Source: Catajapyx aquilonaris (Eukaryota). From it: a DNA stretch of 64,000 nucleotides. The stretch covers positions 124,001-188,000 of the forward strand of contig KZ537984.1 in the NCBI GenBank assembly GCA_000934665.2. Direction: 5' to 3'. Below, in pieces: positions 11,353-23,700 of the stretch. The stretch's first letter is position 1. Every line of letters begins with the position of its first letter. The notes below the pieces were generated by a model, which did not search any database, was not told the origin of the DNA, and was given only the letters and a program-made list of their open reading frames with translations. A program made the translations under genes and the position numbers.

Positions 11353-14300
11353 CTAATCGTTGGTCACGCCGGTACGTCGGTAGAAGGTGGTGGTGATGAC
11401 CTTCAGTCTGCCGTGCTTTGGTGCTGGCAGGACCTTGAGGAAACGCCCCTGGTGCCAGCCGTAGTCCCAGCTGGTGGTCAGCGGGTACGCGAACTTGTTC
11501 TCCGGCTTGTTGCGGTACCGGTACTTCAGGTAGTTGTAGCGCCCCTTCCCCTCATGGCTGATGCCTGCACACAGACACAACGAGAAGCAACATGTGAAAA
11601 ATGTGCGAAATATTCGCAAAAATAATTTCTGCTAAAACAAACAGCAAAGCTATAGCCCTTGAGACCGCTAGGCCTATAATAAAAATTGAACCTTATATTC
11701 TCAATGGCTTACATGCCATAAATGTGGTAAAACCTTTCATGTAGTTATATCACCAGCAGCACTCATTCACATATGAACTGTACAGTACAGTCCGAACATG
11801 CGATAGTGGTATGCAAAAGTCTGGACTGAATAAAACTGATTTTTCGTCAGAGATTGCAGGTCTTTTCAGTAGTGCTTTGCGTATGTATATAGTAGTATAG
11901 AAAGGTCCAGTAATTGATGGGCAATGACACTAGGCCGGAACCTTGTATATTATAGTTTTAAAAAATGTTACAAAAGCCAGACGTGCATCACCCTTTTGAG
12001 TTCTACTTTATGGCATATTAATGCAGCTAATCATCAGTAAATCATATATTTCAACGAATGTGTGCATGTAAGAACACGATTCGCAGATATTTTTAGCCAC
12101 CAAAAAAGTCAATTCGCTGTGCATATACTGGCGTTCAATCTTTAGTAACTGTTGTATTACAGCAGTGATATATATTATATCCTCAGAGAGAAGAACTAAA
12201 ACTGTTGAAATAGCTTTACATGGTTTTTAAAATATATTATAAGGTTCTCAGGCTACGGTGCTTTCTGTATGATGCAAATTGCAACCGTATGATTGGAATA
12301 ATTATGTTCATTAGAGCAAAAAAAATGTATGTAGGAAAATCTGTTTCCTTGATATTAAGTTCTTTCCATTTCTGGAGAGTAAAAACATTTAAGTCCTGTA
12401 TCGGATGAATTAATATGAAATCTGCAAAAAAAGCATTAAAATTTGCATAGGTGTTTTCACTCGTGAGAATAAATGTATACGGTCAGTTCTCGTAAATCGC
12501 CCTATAGTAAAAGAAATGTGATTTCGTAAATGCTTCTTTCTGTCTGAGTTGGATAGCTAATATTATATTCGGACACTCGTAAAGCCAATTTTTACGTTCC
12601 TAAAAAAAAGCTTTCTTCTCAGAAGAGAGGTCAGTTATATAGAAACATAACGATATAATCGAGTTATACTTCACGGAGGAATAAGGGAAAAAGAATCTGC
12701 GACGAAGGGGTAGAAAAAAGTAGCCTATATACATACACTGTATTTATGAGAACAGAGCCTTATGTAAAAAATAAGCAGACTGCTGGACTGTCCACTAATC
12801 TGAAATACACATGCTATGCAGTTCAAGTTAGTGAATATGACCCATTACTTATTCCTGCAAAGTGCTAATTTTTTTTGCGAGCTTGATGGGTGCTTTGTAA
12901 TTTCATACTTTTCATCAGTAGGTCTAAAGCTTAAGCTCTTCATTTTCAGATCAAACCTAACGCACATCTCGGCAATCAACCCGGCGGAATACCAAATACA
13001 TGAGCTTAATACCCATCTCCAGCGCGGCCTAACCCAATCAAGTAGTGCTAAAAATCATACCCTGGCGCATCGCTTCTTCACTCTTTCCATATAGGCTGCC
13101 CGTCGTTTAAATGGCATGCACTCTTAATTCTCAACAATCTACATAACGCCTATAGTCCCTATATAAACGACGAGACAAAATGCCGGAGAAACCGGGCGTG
13201 ATTCTTCCGACAAAATTCTCTGCAAAATGTCCCCCCTCTCAACCAAGCCTGCAATGCCAGTTTCAGCATCAACTACAACAAAAAGCACAATCAATGTAAG
13301 AGAAGCATGATTGGTGCAAAAACACACAGCAAACATACAAAAAAAAAGTGTGCCTTTCTATATATCCTTGCTCCCCTGGCAACCGGCGCCACACACATCA
13401 AAATTCGCAAAATCCGGCGCCCGTTTCGAAAACTCGCACAAGTGCACTCGGTGGGTTTGCCAATTCTAATTATAAAATTACTCAACATACCTGCAGTCAT
13501 ACCACATCGGCCAGGAACCCCATCCTGACACCCCCTTCTTTTTTTTCTCAGTTTGTTGGACAAAAAAGTCTAAGCCATGACCGGACACTTGCGACGGGCT
13601 TAGTGCCCACGGCAAAAGTCAGACTTTGGGCAACTGGGGGGGGCGTACTTGTCAGGTAAAAAAAAAATTTCGGAGAGGAGGTGGTGGGTGGGTTTGCAAA
13701 GATCGACCCTGAGGCCCATTTGTTGTTGGAAACGGGGGGGTCCACCTTGGATACGGAGAGGAGAGGGGGGGGGGGGGTGCAGACGAGAGGGGGGTCTCGT
13801 CTAGCTTCGTATATTGTTCTTCGGCTTCTCTATCCTGCTGGGTGGATGGGGTGGTGGAGGGGTGTCCCATGGCAACGTTTCCATGCCAACAACTCCGTGA
13901 TTGGCGAGCCCCCGATCAGGACACCTGTCTCTTATACCCCTCCCTCTTATTGACGGAGGGGTGGAAAAGGCGGCCATTTTGTCCCAAGGAAATTTCACCC
14001 CCCCCCCCCCTCATCCTACAAGTACACAAGCACACACACTGGATAAAAAAAACACCTGGTCTAGTGTTTACCGTGCAATCTACATTATCGTCGTTAATTA
14101 TTAACGCCCACGCGACCCCAATTTCCGCCCCCTTGATTTTTTTTTTTCCTCTCTGGATTTGGGGACCCACTTCACCTGCCCGGGGTCCGGTGGGTCTATA
14201 ATCTTGGTTTTTAATCGGTGGGGTTGGTGAATTATTAAAATGTGGTGCTAAGGTGGGTGGTATCGACTTGGAGGCCGAAAAATGCTTCTAGGAATTGCGG

Positions 14301-15589
14301 TAGGCTATTACTCTTCAATGTGTGACTTGCAATCTAACATGTGCCGAATTTTTGTAAACACTACATAGATTGTATATGATTGTCAGTTGTGCCCACTTGC
14401 AGTGATTATTGACAGACAGTAAAGTTTCAGTTGGTATGTACCGTAGGCACTAATTACACTTATTACACATGTCACACACTTTACAACTCAGGTGCAGGAA
14501 CAATATTTCTGTCGTCTCAAGGACAGACGGCTTATTGTTGAGCCGCACTTCTTGAGAGTACAAATCGGTTGTGAAGGTCGCAGGGTAATGACCAGATAAG
14601 TATCTCGTTTTAGGGTTTGGCTTTCCTTGCAATTAGTGCGAGCCTGATTAAAGAGAGGGGGGGATATATCTCATGAAACGTCACAAATGATGACAAGCGT
14701 TGTCAAATCGATAGGTTTTTGGGTATCGAGGCAGATGTTGTCTTCATTTTTGCGAACCCCTGTATATATACGCACCGTGAGAGAAGAGGCCATGGAAACC
14801 TGAGATAAGGATTGAATTAGGCTGAAAAAAGGGGTTGATATATCAGCGGACTATACCCACCGAGGGGGGGTTCCACTTCAAACTTTAATAAGGACACTGC
14901 ACAGCAAACATACGGAAACTTTTGCTCAAAGCCTGACCACATGTCGATGGATTTGGTGACATGAATCGCGCGGCAGATTAGTTTGAGTGGCTTGCACACT
15001 TTTTCTGTGTAAGTGAGCACCCGCACATTCTGAGCTAAATTTTTTGTTCCTCGATTTGAATTAAATCACTACTTGTACTTATATTAGAGTCAAAAGCCAC
15101 TTAGAATAACCGAGAGAGTAGCCAAGCGTGTAAAATAAATCTCTATAGCAATGAGAGCTGATAAGCCTGTTCGTCATGGATTTGCAATAATAACCTCACA
15201 CCCGTAACTTGAAGCCCATTATTATATGACGTAATTCATATATGTAGGCCTATGTAGGCCGGACTTCTTTTTCTCGAAAAATTGTGAGTACCATCATAGA
15301 TGAGTTCGTGGAGTTCTTCGGGCACAGGCTTCATTCCGACATCATCCGGAGAGCGAGCCTGCTGGCCAGGTGCTGCATCCTTCAGAGGATGTCTCTCTCG
15401 AGGAACCAGAGGAATGCGAGTGACCTCGTCAGGTGACATCTTCTTGTGCATGCTGGCTCGTATCTCATCCTGGGACACCCTCTCGTTGATCGTCTTCTGC
15501 CACTTGATGTAGAAGGCCAGTCGCAACGACTCCTCCTTGTTCATCCGCTCCTTCATGAAGTTAATGAATTCGACCCTTTGCTCGCCCAT
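11353..15589 (-). CDS. SPMIP1: SPMIP1/ATP6V1FNB-like sperm/ciliary microtubule inner protein, ~169 aa
   Basis: Exons 15589-15292 and 11564-11353 joined across a 3.7-kb phase-1 intron (GTACTC...GTGCAG). Gives FMKERMNKEESLRLAF...MKPVPEELHELIYDG|ISHEGKGRYNYLKYRYRNKPENKFAYPLTTSWDYGW...FYRRTGV, matching the family signature as I recall it (GISHDGQGR..YL..R....PEEKF.YP..SSWEYGW). The donor is weak. Confidence 0.82.
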
Positions 15590-15730
15590 CGTGCTGGCTG
15601 CCTTTGACTTATTTGTTTTTTTTGGTAATTTGAAACTTATGGAATTTGGATGGGAGGTGGCGGATCAAGGAGTACTAAAAATATGCTGATCTTTTGGGTT
15701 CCGAACGTGTTTGGCAAAACAAAGGTTGTT

Positions 15731-15744
15731 GTTTCCAAGGAGAT
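15731..15744. promoter_or_regulatory. Candidate RFX X-box upstream of the SPMIP1-like gene
   Basis: GTTTCCAAGGAGAT is an imperfect match to GTTNCCATGGNAAC, ~140 bp upstream of the ATG. A forkhead-like TATTTGTTT lies near 15610. Confidence 0.4.
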
Positions 15745-16383
15745 GTGTTTCCAGGGCTGCAGCAGTAACTTGCGATTTTTGATGTGCAGAGTCCAATAAC
15801 CGAATTTTGTGGCCGAATAAAAGTGGGTTTCTATAATCATGCAGTGTCATAGTTCATTCAGAAAATTCTGTCAGATTTGATGGAACTGCGTGCTGCAACA
15901 TTTGCACCACCTTTATGATACAGACTTGTAATAGAGATGTTCACACAGCATAACTCGCATGTTACGTGTAACGTAACAGAGGAACTCTATCTCCCATCAG
16001 GGTGATGAAAATAGTGTTATCTCAGCTCTCAGTGCATTACTATTCCAGTTTGAACTAGGGCAATTGCAGTAATTGAAATTTGCATTCCGAGTTACAGCGG
16101 TGGGAAATGCAAATGTTGCGCAAATATTTCCAGGATTCGCCGAACTTCATTAATCAACCAAGAAAACCGTGTCACTCATAGAAAATATTCGATTTCGCAC
16201 CTTCGTGCCAGGGCACCATATATCTGCTTGTCATGAGATGGTACTACCGGTACTATAGGCCCACTCGATAATTAATCGTTATGTAATAATGCTTCAGAAT
16301 TGAGGGAAACTAGTAAATTCAAGGCTCTCACAATTCCTGTTCCCTGACATAAGCCGACCCAAGATACGCAGAAAAATTAATAG

Positions 16384-16553
16384 GCTAGGACAATGCACCT
16401 GCACAAGTGTCCCCTCCCCAACAACCCCTTTCCCTACCCTACATATCCCGAAACAGTCCTTGCACGGTGATTGAAGTAAAAACAGAAAACTGATGGTGGT
16501 ATGCCACCCCCCTATAGCTCCCGTCACGGGTAATAGTAATAGTAATAATAATA
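16384..16553 (+). mobile_element. Short non-LTR retroelement 3' fragment or SINE with (TAA)n tail and 35-bp target-site duplication
   Basis: Identical 35-bp direct repeats ATAAGCCGACCCAAGATACGCAGAAAAATTAATAG at 16349-16383 and 16554-16588 flank a 170-bp insert ending ...CCCGTCACGGGTAATAGTAATAGTAATAATAATA. Confidence 0.65.
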
Positions 16554-18577
16554 ATAAGCCGACCCAAGATACGCAGAAAAATTAATAGTCTTCCAAGAAA
16601 AATATGCACGTATAGTTAGTGCTACAGGTCTATTTGTAGCATTTATATAGTGCTCTTTGTAAGCAAAAATACTTGATTATTTAAAATAGCGAGAAACAAT
16701 GCTGTCTTCCTGAAACATTCGCACGTGTGACTGTGTTCATTTATTAGTGACAAAGGTTACGAGGTATCGACTTAGACCAGCTACGTGTCACACGCGGATA
16801 CAGCCACGATTGAGGTGTTCATTTGACGTCAGAAGTGGACTGAAGGTGTTCATGTATAAACCACCAAGTGTATAGTGCTGGCTCGTGCAGCACAGACATA
16901 TAAGCAAATAGGCATATCGATTCCTTGAAATAGCTACAGACAATGGGTGGAAATTTTAGTCTGTAGCAGCGCCAGTGTTGTCAATGGTATACTGCTAAGT
17001 TAGCAGTAACTAGAAGTGGGACGAAAATTCCAACCAGTATTTCTGAACTGAAAACGTATTCACCAAGACATGAATTCTTGTTACACCAATAAAGAATAAT
17101 ATTATTGTGTAAATAATTGAGGCAATGGAGACGTCCGTATTCTTGTTATGATAAGGACAAAGACAGTAATTCTGCTCAATTGGAGGATTTAGTTCGGGCT
17201 TCGGGTGAAGTAACGGAAGGAGCTTAACATTACCTTCACACTAAAGATTACCAAAAGTTACCAGAGATATTTTGCAACACGCAGGGTCAAAGTCAGTTCC
17301 GAGAAAATTCTCCGTATACTGCGAACAGCTCATTATTATGCTGCAAAATTAGATTGAAATTCTTTGCCGGTACAACGTACAAGCAAGATCACATTAGTAA
17401 TTGATAGGACTCGGTCCACTGAATCCAGGTTTTGTTACAGACTGTTGATTACCCTATATACACCTTTCAGTCTAATTCGTTAAAACAACAAGAGGACTGC
17501 AGGATTATTTATTTGACAAACATTTATGGCTATAGTGTATGCTAGATAATTATGTTTTCTCAACACTTTTGGTATTGTTCGGATAATATTAGATTAATAT
17601 ATTGTTCCACCATTTATTATTCAGTAATTGTCATTGTGTGTAATATATTGTAGTATATATTCAAATTATCAAATTGTCACTTCAAGAAAACCGCACATGT
17701 TGTATAGACTACTGGAAAAACGAAAAGCAGACCTGAAATCAGCGGACTCGGATTAGGTTAGGCCACCCACCGAATCTCTTGCCCCAACGTTATTGCAGGA
17801 TAGTGTTATACGTATGGTGAATTCCTCTGTACGTATAATTGGATATTTCCTCTTAATTTGTGTTGATACAAGTGCCCCTGTCAATTAGGCGAAATCGTCC
17901 GTTTGAAAATATTCTGGTATACTGTGGGTGACAATGTAATAAGATACTCATGGTAATTTATTATCATACGTATTGTTAAACTCTGGTTTTATCAGTGCAT
18001 AGAGCAAGAATAATATATTTAACCATAGAAAGTAGTTACGGCTCAATAGGTAGCAATGACTGTCAATTTTAAACTAACAATTTATAGGCTTTTATGTGGT
18101 CGACACATTACACATAGCATTCTTGTGTAATGGCCTATTAATGGTACAACAGTTGCAGGCCTTACTCGTCTGACGACTGTGATAAGCCTCTTACGGTAGT
18201 ATTTATGAAAGGACTTGCGGCATGCATTGCACAGGGGATTATGCTGCACATTTGCACTACAGTAGGCCTATAGCCGGCATATTTCTCGGATTGTTTCGTT
18301 AGGCATTACTGATAGGTCTGGCCCTGCCAAAATGTTGACATGACACTATAAACCACGAATGCTTAATTGCAATTATTGAAGGGCCTCGTACTTGCAATGC
18401 GACATATTCTGATTGTGCATCCTGCTGATCACATAATCTTAACCAGCCAATGAGAAGCAGAGATTCCTGGCAGTGAACACAAGGATTGGTCGCTTCTGTC
18501 GCGTTTCGTTATCATTTGGCAAATCCCAATACCAAATTGTATTACGTCATCACCCCCATTAATAACAATCCATAATC

Positions 18578-19181
18578 CAGTTGATTCCGGATATAACAGA
18601 CTCGGCTATAACTGACTTTCTGTTATAACAGACTCGAAAGGCCGGTCCCTGCAAACTTCCTTAAGGTCCGGTGTATTTTTACTCCTGATATAACATACAT
18701 TTTCACGTCAACTCGGGTATAACAGACCATTATTTTCTTGGCCCATCGCCTCTGTGGGCGCTTGTGATTACTCAGCTTCCTTTCTCACGCGAGGAAAGCC
18801 CTGCATACTAATTTTCGCATCTGTCACTAATCTAACACTTGCCGAAAAGGTCGAAACAATATTATTTTAGGGTACATTTGGCAAGAATGGACGACAGGAA
18901 AAATTGAGTTTTTTTGGGGGGTCCTGCGTAATTTACGGATGAGCTAATTTCGCATTTTGTGGATAGTTTCATTAATACGATTTGTAAAATGTTATTGATT
19001 TGTACAATGCTATTGATTTGCCCGTGTAATGCAGTATTGTGCATTATATAAGCATAATTATATAGAAAGCAGAAAATTTTGTGTGTTCGTTGCAAAAGTG
19101 GTGATTTGGCTATAACAGACCTCGGTTATAGCAGACTTTTTTCAGCGGTCCCTTGAAGTCTGTTATATCCCGAGTCAACTG
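18578..19181. mobile_element. Non-autonomous Tc1/mariner-superfamily (pogo/Tigger-like) MITE, ~600 bp
   Basis: Left TIR CAGTTGATTCCGGATATAACAGACT; right TIR (reverse complement) CAGTTGACTCGGGATATAACAGACT, 23/25 identical. TA follows the right end. The subterminal TATAACAGAC motif recurs several times; no coding capacity. Confidence 0.75.
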
Positions 19182-20363
19182 TAGCTATTAATAATAATCC
19201 ATAATCCACAATTATTACTATAATTCACTGCTAATAATTCTGGACGTGTAGATTTCGTTTATTTAATGCGGGTGGGTTGTAATTCTTTCCAGAATTACAC
19301 TCCTCCTCTCTTTGAAGTGTGTATCTGATTATATGCTTCCTCATGAATATGAGTAATAATTATGGAAATTTTAATTATAATTTTCCATAATAAGGAAGCG
19401 TCGAAGGGTATTATCGTGTGATTACGCGATACAGTGTAACCCTGATTAGTACGCGAGTGGTCAAATAATTTGATTGTGACATTTGCAAGTGCTCGCGTGT
19501 TACAAAATCTCTGTTGTAAGATTAGCACAAGATATATGCGACATTTATTAGCGTTACTGCATAAAATTACATCACCTGCTAAGTCTCCCTAAACTCTGTA
19601 AAGGTCTAACGTAGGTTAGTGAGTCTAATATTTAGTGAGGTGGTTCCTAATAATAGTCTATAAGTACAAAGTACATAGTGTGTAGCTTTTGCTTATGTAT
19701 AGCTCCCCTATAAAAATGCATGCGGAAAATCCATAATTTTGAAACTTAAATGGCAACAAGGTCTTTACGTAATTTTTTACCGTAATAATAAAAATTAGTA
19801 TTTTAATGATTGCGCATTATTCACTAAAATTAACATTAGTGAAGTGAATGTGTAGGATTTAGGCTACTAGTTTTCCTTTGTTATACAGTACACTACATAC
19901 TGCCATTACCCCCATTTGAAGAGTTGCCACATTGTGCAACCATGACTGAGTAATCATCAGATCAAACATCACTTTGATGAACAATAAGTAATTGTTAAAA
20001 ATACACATTTTATTACATTGCCGAAACAAGTAACTACCAGGGGTCTTAACACTTGTGGTCATTAGAAGTTTGAAAACGAAATTGTCCAAATTCGTCCTTT
20101 TAAAATCCACTCTTACACCAAAATAATTATGACAGCTCCTAAAATGACTGCTCCGAATATTCATCAGCCGAGTTTATTATTATGATTTAAATAAAAAATA
20201 AAAAAATCCAGAGTATATCTCTCGAAACCCCCGCGCTCTGTGTCGCATCTCTCTCTCTCGCAGCTGGCAATCTGCCTTTCGGAAGGGATCGATCTGGCAA
20301 CGTGGCCCGAGCAATCGCAAGGCCGAATTGCAAAGTACACAACGTTCATACAGGGAGCGAAAG

Positions 20364-20716
20364 ATGGCGGCGACGTTTCCAGCTGAGGTGGACGTGTTCT
20401 CCGTCCCACACCAAAGGATGAAGCACCTGGTCAGCAACTATCTCGACCAGGTCAGTGTCATCTGCATAAAGGGATGCCCGTATAGGATGACTTCACATTG
20501 GGAAGGGGTCATGACATTGCCTGCCTGCATCCGCAAAGGCCCCTGCTTTATTACACCCAGACAGATATCTGTTGACATTTTAATGTTACGTATTATTATT
20601 AAGACTGATCATTTTTTCTCCCGATAACCGAGCTCATGCTGCAAGTGACAAGGCTGGATTTATCACATGTCAACTCATTTCCACCTTGACTTGAATGGAA
20701 TATTGTTTTACCAGTC

Positions 20717-20778
<62 letters not shown>

Positions 20779-23700
20779 CGTACATAAGTTATTAATTAAT
20801 CCATACTTCATATGCAGAGTAAAGTAAAAATAATTTCTGGCACTTTAGCTGTCTGCTGTAAAACAATATTTATGTATAACCCATAAGTATAATGTGGCTG
20901 CTTCACAGTTATTTATGGGTAATAGTATGTTCGAAATGAAATGTTTGTTGCAGTTAGCTATTTTTACTCTAGAATCTGGTTATTGAGCTGTTACTTTTGA
21001 ACAGTTGCTTACAGAGCTTGTCACATATGATTTAAAATGCCAGGTTGAATGAAGGGGGATCAACATTTCCTTGACCTTTGATATAGTGCCAATGAGTCGC
21101 TATATGGATCATTTACTGATGGGAAATTAAGTTATTGCAAACTTGCAATTTTTACGATCTGAAGTGGTGCTTTAATTTATCGTACTACCGTATGAACATT
21201 AACTTCCAAAAGCCACTTAGTATTGAAAGAAATTTGGTCTTCCACACGCTAACGCCTCTTACACACTTGGAACACACTGTGTATAACTCAGCTGCGTCAT
21301 TTGCACATGAACATGTGTGGCATTTCGGATAATGTTGCAAATATTAAAATAAAATAAAATTATGGCGAGTTGGAAGATTTTTCGGTTTTCATAGCCAAGA
21401 CATCACTTATTACCTTGTTGATAATAATATTCTTTACACCCTGACCTTGCTTCACTCTATGCTCAGTTAACCAAATAAGTACTCTAAGGGATATCAGTTA
21501 GCATTGATTAAAATACACCAGACCTGTGTTTGATGAGCCTGAACTTTGAAAATGCGATAATCGGGATAAATCATTATGATAAGTGAAAGGGCACATCGTA
21601 ATACAATGGTGCAAATGTACGTATATTAATATTATCTGTAAACTTTGATAACGAAAATTTTCACATCTTTTTTTGTTTACAATCGAGCACGGGTTCAGTT
21701 CTCCTTGAATTGGAGACTTGCGAGGTGCACAACCCTGCATTTACCACCGAATAAAATCACTCACCCGCACTTACGATGTCACCTTACCCATCCACGCTTC
21801 AAGGATATTGGCGAGTTAACGAATTAATTGTTGCCAACTCACCTGCTACCTATCCGTGGCCATTGTTGTTCCTCCGGTTCCGGCGCCACACCTGGGTGCT
21901 GGCAGTGGCTAGATGGAAGTGGAGGGCTTTGAGATCAGTTTGGTTTGGTTTGTGTCACGTTAGGGGGGGGGCACACACAATAGCCTGAAGGAAATTTCAC
22001 GCATGATGAGTGCTTGGCATGGGGGGAGAGGTAGGTATATAGGTGGAGGGGGTTGTTGCATAGAGAGGTAGCGGAAGTGACCGAGAAAGGGTAGGCGGCT
22101 TTTGGATGGGGTGGCCATTAGGGGAGAAACAGAAGGGGAGTATATACATTGTGTGTATGTATAGAAGAAAAAAAAGAAGAGGAAACAGGTGGAGAATCAT
22201 GCAAGGTAGTTGATTGGTCATGATTCAGACACGTGCTCCTTTTCTTGCGGGGGTGTATGCAAAACATTCAACCGCCTGCTGCCTGTGAATAATGCTGCAG
22301 GAGTCAGCCCAAATTGGTCTCACGTTGCAGTCGGGACACGTGGTTCGCACCGTACATGCGAGCAATAAAAGTCATACGTGTACGAGGTCGACAGCACAGT
22401 TTTATTGAACTCGTTATCTGAAACGGTCCTATGCGCCATAAATAATAGCACCAGCAGCAACTTGTTTGGATCTTTACTGGTTCAAGCAGACTCCAGGGGG
22501 TAGTGTGAGGCACGACCGACCTTTGACCCCCTCTGGGTATGTGAGTATCAGCAAATGACCTCTCGCCGCAATGACAAGAGTAACACGAGAAGAAACTTCC
22601 CCCCTTTGTCAACCTATACACCAAGAGGCCATTAGCCGCTGATAATGGCTATCAGTTTCACCACATTTGCATGCTTCTTCTTTACCTTCGGTAGCAACTG
22701 CACCTGAAATAAATTGTCGTTAAACGTGACAGCAGAATCGAACTGACTTTTGTTTATGTGCTGGACAGGATGGCTTGATGAGGCCTGTAAATAATAAGCA
22801 GTATTGATAGGCTCATATTTCAATAATTGGCTTTCGATGGGTAGAGGCTGCTCCTGTTACGTTATTAGTTATTGATTTATCTAGGATTTTGTCATCATGT
22901 CAAAAATGTTCCAAACCGTTCCTTTTCCCCGCCATTAATAATTGGGACCGGGAAACTTTGAGGGTCGTAATGCACTGCTGAGCTTTCGAGTGACACGTGA
23001 TGGATTTTGCTTGGTCAAAGGGTGTGGTTTTGCCGATCCGAATTCATTACTATAAAAGAGTACTTGGTCCGACTGCACAAGTGCGTTCATATAAAAAAAA
23101 GTGCAAGCCCAGGACTCGATAATCCAGGTATGGGATCACCTGCGGGGAAAAAAAATCCCTGGGGATGCAAGCCTTCCCCATGAGCGTAATTATCGTATCG
23201 AATGGTGGGGATTTTGGAGGGTCACGGTGGGGAGGGAAAGGGCAGCAGGTGGGTTGGAGGAGGGGGACAGAAATTGCTTTGTTTGTGGATACGGATTAGA
23301 GGTAGGGGAAGTAAGAAGCCGGACAATATGAAGGGGAGAAGGGGGCTTGAGTAATACCTGTAATTAGTCTTAATGAAGGCAGGTTGCTCCTGATTGATGC
23401 AAGGTTCAACCGAATAACACAAGGTATAATAAACACGAATCAGTGCCATACATTTTTGTAAAAAAAAATGCAATATTGTACAGTACACTGGCCATATTAT
23501 GTGGGGTTAAAAATGTAAGTGATTACTGGAGTGTGGCCACACATGTTCATGTTGTGTCAACATTATTCGAGACTGTTGTTTATGGCATGTTGCGCAGTTT
23601 TATGGGTACGCACGGTGCGGTCAATTTCGCAGCGGTTTTGCAATGTGAAGGAATGGGCACGTCTCTTTTAATTTTTTGGGCAAAAGTGTTTTGGCTTCAC

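Noticed and set aside
13300..14300. G/C homopolymer-rich stretch as a G-quadruplex array or hidden gene (similar patches near 720-900, 7560-7800, 21650-23400)
   Set aside because: Irregular homopolymer runs and no coherent ORF; looks like unpolished long-read consensus or degenerate repeat, so fine-scale claims are unsafe.
16950..17810. Possible old DNA transposon fragment
   Set aside because: I could not identify matching termini, a target duplication or transposase motifs.
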